The notes below the pieces were generated by a model. The model saw only the letters and a list, made by a program, of their open reading frames with translations. It did not search any database and had not been told where the DNA came from. A DNA stretch of 63,820 nt, counting the filler, from Globobulimina sp. (Eukaryota): NCBI GenBank assembly GCA_003354225.1. It is 22 parts of 22 records of this genome, joined end to end, with 100 filler letters (N's around TTAATTAATTAA, not from the genome) between each part and the next. Parts side by side here need not be neighbours in the genome. Positions count along the whole stretch, not along the records: positions 55,209 to 58,012 come from PIVH01004816.1; positions 58,113 to 60,916 come from PIVH01004817.1; positions 61,017 to 63,820 come from PIVH01004818.1; 19 more parts are not named here. One strand, 5' to 3'. The position numbers were made by a program, and so were the translations under genes. Positions 56,431 through 63,820 of this stretch are shown here, one piece after another (within the stretch, counting starts at the first letter, position 1; each line of letters starts with the position of its first letter).

Positions 56431-57315
56431 TTAGTAAACATGTCCTCTTCTGCCGCCCGGCGGTTTCTTTTTGGAATAAATATGTGCCCACCGATGCACA
56501 CCCGGTGGCAATATCGATGGATTGAACCTATCTCTTAATCCTAAATAAGTCATTATTTTTTTATATCTCCCAAAATCTTTATCTCTTAAATGCCACATTA
56601 ACCTCTTCCTTTTGTGGTAAATTTGCGTAAATCGTTCATCTGCGAACTTGTCCTTGCTTGAATATTTATCGTGTCTCTGTTTCAAAGCTCTCAGTTTTAG
56701 TGTCATTGTTGCGATTTGGATCTCAGGATTGCCGCAATCATCTCCATGGAACTGCCATCTCTCCATTTCATTTGAAACCAATTGTTTGCGTATTTCCTTC
56801 CCATTGCTATTATGATGACTTAGTGCTCTTTGTATTAACGCATAATCAGTGCTATCTGACCCTATTCCGCATGCATTTATATCCTCTGCACTCATTCCTA
56901 AATATAAAATTAATAGTATTTATATTGAAATTTCTGTTAAATTCCTGACAGATTTACCGTATCTAAATTGATCAGGTCTTATTCCTGGAAACAAGGGCCA
57001 TTCCTCAAATTTGTACACTGGATAAAGGTTTTCTGGCTTTAATTTGTACGCAAATGGATCCGGATCATTATCAATTCGTTGCCTATCTGGTTCAATACGT
57101 GCCGGCTGTACTGGTTGTTGTCTTTTTGCTTGGTCGCGTATTTTTAATTTCATAAAGTTTTTTATTCGTTGATGGTAATGAGGCAATGGGATGCGTCGTG
57201 TCCTCCGTTTTTTATTTTGCATTCTAGGGAAATGTCGACGAGATTCATATAATATACATGCTTCAATTCCTATATTGTAGGTTTTGGCAGTGTTTACTCT
57301 GTGTAGCACATGCAT
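56431..57315 (-). CDS. MRPS15: Mitochondrial ribosomal protein uS15m
   Basis: join(56958-57315, 56431-56897). DCGNPEIQIATMT...KD......KRKRLMWHLRDKDFGRY...LGLR; long basic N-terminal extension. Confidence 0.82.
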
Positions 57316-57383
57316 TGTAGTCTGCTAATTGTTTTTTCTCTGACTCTGACAGCAAAAACGCTTTCACTAATCAAAAAAAACAA

Positions 57384-57935
57384 ATGGCACAAGCTGCATT
57401 TGGATTGGAGGATGTTGAGTATATGAAAAGAGAAACACTGGTACATATGTTGCGTGGTAATAAGCAAAAACAAACGCATACAATGATTATAATTGATGTA
57501 AGAGACAATGATTATGTCGGTGGACATATCATTCGATCTGTGAATATCCCTCATAGCAACATTGAGAAATATTGGGCAGATTTTGTGCAAAAATATAACA
57601 ATATACCATTGATTATCTTTCATTGTCAATATTCCGAAATTCGAGGACCAGCTGCATACCAAAGATATACATTTTTGGTAAAATCGATAATTGGATTGTA
57701 CAACAAAGGCAACCAATTGCAACAAAAACAAGAATCAAAGGATATATATAATGAGACAATTAAGTTCCAATCAATTGAATTCACTGTGAATCGTGATATC
57801 ATAAATAATTTATCCAATCAAACATGCATTGTGCTGGAAGGTGGGTTTTATGGCTGGGTCTGTCATTGTATTAAAAATCAAAAGGATTTAGAATTAATTG
57901 AAGATTTTGATAAAAACATCTATTGTTCAAAATAG
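57384..57935 (+). CDS. Cdc25-like rhodanese phosphatase/arsenate reductase (Ych1/Ibp1/ACR2 type)
   Basis: IIDVRDNDYVGGHI..SVNIP, IFHCQYSEIRGP (HCX5R), VLEGGFYGW. Confidence 0.9.
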   Translation: MAQAAFGLEDVEYMKRETLVHMLRGNKQKQTHTMIIIDVRDNDYVGGHIIRSVNIPHSNIEKYWADFVQKYNNIPLIIFHCQYSEIRGPAAYQRYTFLVKSIIGLYNKGNQLQQKQESKDIYNETIKFQSIEFTVNRDIINNLSNQTCIVLEGGFYGWVCHCIKNQKDLELIEDFDKNIYCSK

Positions 57936-58569
57936 CCAAGCTCTTCGCACTTGACAGTCACAGTTATCTTGCCACAAACAACAAAACCAAACCAGAAACA
58001 CTATGGCTGAACNNNNNNNNNNNNNNNNNNNNNNNNNNNNNNNNNNNNNNNNNNNNTTAATTAATTAANNNNNNNNNNNNNNNNNNNNNNNNNNNNNNNN
58101 NNNNNNNNNNNNGTACACATAATAATGACTTAATAAACACATATTAAGATAGTATTACACTCGCTTTTTTTTGTTTTTGTGTTTCTTTTAACGAGTTTGA
58201 TAATGTCAATTGAATTTATTCACACGGTTCACATCATAATTTAATAGTAAAAGCGTAATAAATAGAGTCCGAAATTATCGCACAAAATCTACAACAACAA
58301 CAACACCACGAATTTAAAACATGGTGAGTTTAAAATAAGCTCTTTAAATCAAAAATTTCCAAAAGGCAATATTCTAAACACGTCCTATTCTAAAGTATAT
58401 GATTGTTGTGTAATTTTAATCAATTTAAATTTAAGATTATTTTTTGTTAACACTTCCAACATCACTCCAATTTATTTTAGCATGCCTCCTTGTTGATTCG
58501 CGCGGGACATACATTCTCCATAAAATATTCTAACAATTGCCACCAAAAGTAATTACTATTAAATTTAAA

Positions 58570-58953
58570 ATGAATACGTTATCGGCTATTCCATCTCCTC
58601 GTATTATTTCATACAACAATCCGATCCTAAATGTGTCGTCACCTCGATCAGTTCTCAATGATCAACAATACAGTAAAATTGCAATGGATAATGGTGATTA
58701 TCAGTATATATATTATAATGCAAATGATTCAAATCATTATCAAACCTATTATGATTATTGCAGTCATCAATATATTATGAATCCACATAGCAAATTATCT
58801 AGCACATATAGTACAAATTGTACGTATTACAGAAATAACGAGATCAATACAAATACATTATTTGTATCTAAAGTAGCAAAGGAACCATATCTATCATATA
58901 CAGTGAATGATCCATGGCCATACAGCAAAGTGGCCATTGCCTGTAATTATTAA
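58570..58953 (+). CDS. Small Tyr/Asn-rich hypothetical protein
   Basis: Open frame of about 127 codons; no domain recognised. Confidence 0.35.
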   Translation: MNTLSAIPSPRIISYNNPILNVSSPRSVLNDQQYSKIAMDNGDYQYIYYNANDSNHYQTYYDYCSHQYIMNPHSKLSSTYSTNCTYYRNNEINTNTLFVSKVAKEPYLSYTVNDPWPYSKVAIACNY

Positions 58954-59735
58954 TGTTTATACTCTATACTTCGTCGCTTATTCCATCTCATTTTACTTTA
59001 TTATATACTTACTTCCATTGATCGTTTTGTAGCCAATCTATCGATCCCTTTTTTTATACCAATATTTATTATAATTATGTTCGTACTAATTCCTTATATA
59101 AAAATTATTCTTTTTTTTTGTTTTTTGTTTTTTGTCTGTCCCCATTTTATTGTTTTCATTGCTTTTGATTTTTCATATGTTTTTCCTTAAATCTTTTTTC
59201 TTAAATTTTTTTTTCTTTAACATTATCACATTATCACTATTAGAGTTTGTCACAGTGTCTTTTTTTTTGTTTGTTATAAAGTACTTTGTCTGTATTTATT
59301 TTATTTTTTGTTGTGTTTTTTGCATTCGTTTTATTTTTGTGTTAAAAAATCTGATGTTTGTTATACAAAAAATAAAATATGGTGTGGTAGACTGCATTGA
59401 TTTTGTTTTTATAATTGATGTTTTTCTTTTCATTCAAATATAAACTACACACACACCATTATTATGTATCGCACACTCAGAGACTATTAATAATTAATTG
59501 AATTTCCAATTAGTTCAAAAATATAATCTCGCGTTGATTCTTTACATGCCACCAACAAGCAACTCACTCCACGCACAACCAACGCAAGTTTGGTTATCAA
59601 TGCAAGTGCATTCGTGCATCAATGTTATATACAATTCCGATCACTATTTAGTGCGCACTAATCCACATTAATTATAATTTAGTCAGTTGCTGATGTTGTT
59701 GAAAACCTTACAACTCTGAATTCACTTTAACCACT

Positions 59736-60916
59736 ATGGAAGATTCAAGGAGCGACGATCAAACTGAGACAGTAGAAACAAACGAAAGTGACAATAACAT
59801 TTCGATTGAACTAAACGAGACAACCAACCACGAAGACGCCCAAATCCATAAGCTAACCGTTGAAGATTCAGTCACCGAAATTGAGATTGAACACAATGAA
59901 AAAGACAAACAACAACACAAATTAGTGAAAAATATTGAAAAAAGCCAAACAGAAACGAAAACCGCACCAACTACCAATAAAAACAACGACAACTTCAACA
60001 ATAATAAAACCTCATTATCGCCCATCCCAATCGCACCTGACAACAACCATCAAAAACCAAATCCAAATCCAAATCCAAGCCCTCCCACTATCCACATCCA
60101 CAATGACAATGACAATGACAACGACAACGACATCAAAATGAATGATAAATCCTCGCCATTGCACACTCAAAAAGAAGAGCAAGACGACGAGGAAGACGAA
60201 GACGACGATATCTCGATGAAAAATTCCGCCAGCTCTACCAATCAAGAGTTAGATGATAATTATGACCCGCTCGCACCGTGCGGTGTATGCTGGGCCGCCA
60301 CTGCCCTCCCCGGCGATGCCTTAGTTTATTGCGACGGATGCAATGTCCCTTTGCATCAATCATGTTACTGCATCAATACAGGTAATATAATTTCATTTAT
60401 TTTACTTAAGTGCAAGGATACAAAAATCGAAAAAACAAACTTAACCAACAAACACACAGTGCCTGAAGGGGACTATTATTGCAAAGTGTGTCGACATCAA
60501 ATCAAAGTGGAAGGCAAACCGAGTCGCAACAAAGATTTCCTAGGTCGCAAATGCAAATGTTCCATCTGTCAGTTGCGTTTTCGCAGTAAAAAACTGGCGT
60601 ATACCGGGCAGAAAAAGACCGCGCTCGACCTTGAAAAGGGCGGCAAAGAGAAATGGTGCCATGTGATCTGCGCGCAGTATGTGTCTGAGACCTGGTTTGA
60701 TGAAAACGATACGGATCTGAACGGGGTGTGCAATGTGGATGGGATTCGAGCGCAGCGATATGCGCACAAATGTGCCTATTGCCAACGCAATAAAGGCGCC
60801 AAAGTGTTTTGCAGCATCATGGGTTGCGGCGCGCGCTTCCATGCCTCGTGCGGCTTGGTCAATGGCTGCATGTTGCAGGATGTGGCCGACCCCGATGCCG
60901 AATACGGGAATCGTGT
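59736..60916 (+). CDS. PHD + Zn-knuckle + ePHD (PZP; BRPF/JADE/AF10-like) chromatin reader, 3'-truncated
   Basis: CGVC...LVYCDGCNVPLHQSCY...YYCKVC; CSIC...WCHVICA; CAYC...GAKVFC...C..RFHASCG. In-frame 78-nt intron 60382-60459. Confidence 0.9.
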
Positions 60917-61016
60917 NNNNNNNNNNNNNNNNNNNNNNNNNNNNNNNNNNNNNNNNNNNNTTAATTAATTAANNNNNNNNNNNNNNNNNNNNNNNNNNNN
61001 NNNNNNNNNNNNNNNN

Positions 61017-61362
61017 TGCAGTTTGTAATTATATCTTTCCCATCGTAATATTTTGACATTTTAAGCTTTAAATATAGTTTGTTATAATGAGTTTGCATAA
61101 TTATTGAAAAATCAACTTCAAAATGTGTCTTTATTGCTGTTGTGTTGGTTGAGAAACCAGATCTAGATCTGCTCAATTCATCTGCCACTGATGTAACTTT
61201 TAATGCTTTGCATAATTGTTTAAATATTTTTGATGGATTCATTTCTGTTTTAGAGATCTTTTTTTTGTGCGTTTTGAAGTCTTCTTTCCATGTTTTCTGC
61301 AATTTCTTTTGAATGGCATTTGTTGCAAAAATATTGTCTGGATACAGCCATAATCCTGTCAT
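61017..61362 (-). CDS. Hypothetical protein, 3'-truncated
   Basis: Open from ATG to contig edge; K-rich. Confidence 0.4.
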
Positions 61363-61584
61363 GATGTTAAGAGACTTATAGCTGGAAAACAAAGTAAGTT
61401 TTCTGATACTCAAATCAATTACAGCGGACAATGCGAAAATACACACAAAAACACCTCATATTGGCTGTATTTGTAAAGCTCGGAGTATAAATGTATAATG
61501 TTATATATTTTTCACATATTGCGTCAATTCTGTGATAAACTACTCAATATTCAACAACATTAAACCAACCATACCAAAGTATTT

Positions 61585-62772
61585 ATGGATTCATCACCAA
61601 CCAATTATATGGTGTCGTCATTACTTACCGTTTTGCAAGAATCTCTTTTTAAATTAGAATTATTAAAACTACTCTGTCAGAATGATACAGAAACACTATC
61701 AATCATTTTGAAAGTCGATGAAGATGGAAACACCAAATTTCAATTAGTCAAAGAAATAAATGCTTTAATGGAGGAGTATTTATCCATTCTCTCAAATCCT
61801 GACATAGAATGGACAGCGGATACAATAACTTTGCTTGATTCTGTCAAACAACATATAAATATACAATTTCATCAAATATACATAGAAGCTTTGCAAAATA
61901 TTAATAAAACATCACTAAACATTCACGAAATTATTAATTTAAATAAAGAAAATGTTGACATTCCAAACAACGATAATAACAATAATAGTAAAACGCAATG
62001 GGAAAATGTGATCAATTCCTTTGTGAAATATCTAAATATCTCTACAAATACATTCAAAGAATTATCAGATACGCACAAATTAACAAAAACAGCCGAAACA
62101 GCACAAGATACCATAAATAAATTAATTCGCGAATACAAAACAAATAAGCATAAATATGATGAGTTAGAATCAATTTTGCACAAAGATCGGGAATATAGAG
62201 ATAACATTAAAAACGATAAGATATTCAATGTAAATAAATTACAAAATGATGTGAATGCATTAACGAATCAATATGAAAAACAAGAAAAGGCATTAAATGA
62301 TCACGAAAAAAATACAAAAAAAAGTCAATCAGAAACGTATGATAAAACTGTCAAAGAATTAAACTCCGAAATTGCAAAAACCACCGCAAAATTTATTGAG
62401 CTGAAAGCTGTTAATTTCGATTTGGAATTGGAAGTTAAAAAAAAAGTTAAAAGATTAGAAAATGAAATTGAAGAAACCAAAAATAAGTATGACACGGATA
62501 TGGTAAATATCAGTATTGAATCGGAGAAATTATCGAAATTAAACGAGTCTGAAACGAAGAGATTGGACGAGTTACAAATTAAAATCAACGAATTAAAGAA
62601 AGAAAGAGAAGAACATGAAAAATTGTTGCAACAACAACGCGAAAAAGAAGAAACATTAAAGAAAATGTGCGAAAATGCTGCTATTACTATACAAAAAATT
62701 TGGAAAGGATATGTTGTCAGGAAACTCAAAAAAAAAGGTGATAAAAAAAAAGATAAAGGCAAAAAAAAGTAA
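61585..62772 (+). CDS. DRC10: Dynein regulatory complex protein 10 (IQCD)-like
   Basis: VLQESLFKLELL N-terminus, long coiled coil, LENEI.....KYDTDM, IQ motif AAITIQKIWKGYVVRK, KKGKKK-type tail. Confidence 0.8.
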   Translation: MDSSPTNYMVSSLLTVLQESLFKLELLKLLCQNDTETLSIILKVDEDGNTKFQLVKEINALMEEYLSILSNPDIEWTADTITLLDSVKQHINIQFHQIYIEALQNINKTSLNIHEIINLNKENVDIPNNDNNNNSKTQWENVINSFVKYLNISTNTFKELSDTHKLTKTAETAQDTINKLIREYKTNKHKYDELESILHKDREYRDNIKNDKIFNVNKLQNDVNALTNQYEKQEKALNDHEKNTKKSQSETYDKTVKELNSEIAKTTAKFIELKAVNFDLELEVKKKVKRLENEIEETKNKYDTDMVNISIESEKLSKLNESETKRLDELQIKINELKKEREEHEKLLQQQREKEETLKKMCENAAITIQKIWKGYVVRKLKKKGDKKKDKGKKK

Positions 62773-63507
62773 TAAATAAAGTTGCATTCATTCAAATTGT
62801 ACTTAAATTGACTTCAATTGTATTTTTAGAGTTAATTTATGATCTATAGGCAAAAAAATAATAAATAAAGTTGTCGCTAAACGAGTTTTCCGTGCCATGT
62901 GGTCCTGTGGGCTATGGAGGGGGGAATAATACCTCACTGTTTCAGTTGAAATTTTTGACAAACTCTAAAAATATTTCTAGACATCAGCACACTAACTCTG
63001 TCGTCATTTTGCTTGCGTTTTTGTTTGTGTATTGTGTGTGTATTGTATCAATCAGATAGGTTCTAAAAGGAAAGACTTCAATTCTTAGATTTGACAAAGT
63101 TAGAAATTGTCAACTTTTCACTTTTTGGAAAAGTTGATCACAAGTTTCTATTTTGTTTGTTATGTGAATTCAAGCATATATTTGGTTATTCTGAGTGATA
63201 TAAATAGCCATACAAACAATTTCAATCAGTTTCATTAACAGCAGATTTTTTCAAGTTAAGGTCGACATGATCTCTGGTCTCCGTTTTATATTTTGACGAT
63301 ATACATTATATATACACAAAAATAATTGACAGAAATAGAAATAAAAATTAATGGAAACATGGTTTAAACATTAATTATTATCATTTAAACAAATGTAATT
63401 TATTATGATTATTGCCATATCAATAGGATGCATGATAAAAACCCAAATCCAAACACAAACACAGTGACTCGACAACAATGCAGAAGAGAATGAATTGCCG
63501 AATTGCT

Positions 63508-63745
63508 ATGTTTGATAATTTATATGCGGTCGGCCACAGTTTAGGTGGTGGCTTAGCTGTATTATTTGGCTTAGAATCAATTATAAATCAAATATAATAA
63601 CGTTTGGCAGTGCTTCCGTGATATCGTATGAGAATATGTCTCGCCATGCAAAGAAAATATTATATGAATTGCGTAATATATGCCAGATTTGACCTGACCC
63701 CGTTCCAAGAGTACCCGCTATAATGAAACAAATTTCCGTTTGATG
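63508..63745 (+). pseudogene. Class 3 lipase relic with frameshifts and deletions
   Basis: LYAVGHSLGGGLAVL, then frame changes to IITFGS and to DPVPRVP, with stops between. Confidence 0.7.
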
Positions 63746-63820
63746 TTTGATTATAGATTCGCTGAAAAATGATAAAATAACTTTATTTTAAACAAATGGC
63801 AAATATCCAATCAATGAAAT

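Noticed and set aside
59132..59443. 103-aa Phe-rich membrane protein
   Set aside because: It is a translation of T-rich low-complexity UTR or intergenic DNA with a TTG start.
63101..63150. Hairpin TCAACTTTTC/GAAAAGTTGA as a terminator or MITE
   Set aside because: The stem is short and AT-rich, no second copy was seen, and intrinsic terminators are not expected in a eukaryotic nuclear context.
1..63820. Window-wide operon, gene cluster or prophage
   Set aside because: The contigs are unrelated and ordered by length; the genes are spliced eukaryotic genes; no capsid, terminase or integrase motifs were seen.
1..63820. Genome-wide TAA/TAG-to-Gln code
   Set aside because: Long ORFs are stop-free in the standard code, and conserved proteins end at TAA (1305, 23378, 62772) and TAG (57935).

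Overview
This is not one locus. It is 22 unrelated contigs sorted by decreasing length (2808 to 2804 bp) and joined by 21 artificial 100-bp spacers (44 N + TTAATTAATTAA + 44 N). Contigs: 1-2808, 2909-5715, 5816-8622, 8723-11529, 11630-14436, 14537-17343, 17444-20249, 20350-23155, 23256-26061, 26162-28966, 29067-31871, 31972-34776, 34877-37681, 37782-40586, 40687-43491, 43592-46396, 46497-49300, 49401-52204, 52305-55108, 55209-58012, 58113-60916, 61017-63820. Gene neighbourhood means something only within a contig. The DNA is AT-rich, gene-dense and eukaryotic nuclear, with short GT-AG introns and very short head-to-head intergenic gaps. The gene repertoire (7TM-RGS, leishmanolysin, PT-repeat surface proteins, MATH-like and SPRY families, HPPK-DHPS, DRC10) suggests a protist, most likely a foraminiferan or other rhizarian; this is inference and no marker gene confirms it. 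Recognisable genes include TKL kinase, CDK, EXD2, NudC, HPPK-DHPS, hnRNP F/H-like, asparaginase-like, choline kinase, C2orf69-like, EF-hand protein, importin-4-like, peptidase M8, ZIP, uS15m, Cdc25-like rhodanese, a PZP protein and DRC10. Mobile DNA includes a DIRS-type RT-RNaseH fragment, an intronic 147-bp MITE with 29-bp perfect TIRs, a large intronic hairpin and a GIY-YIG relic. I found no rRNA, tRNA or CRISPR array and no convincing multi-gene novel system. The best leads are an F-box-like/USP7-UBL fusion, a pseudo-asparaginase, signal-peptide-bearing proteins with nuclear-type domains, unusual splice signals, recurrent in-frame TAA/TAG, and repeated jump/deletion junctions that may be amplification artefacts or real genome processing. 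All family assignments are motif recognition by eye, not database searches, and exon coordinates were derived manually.
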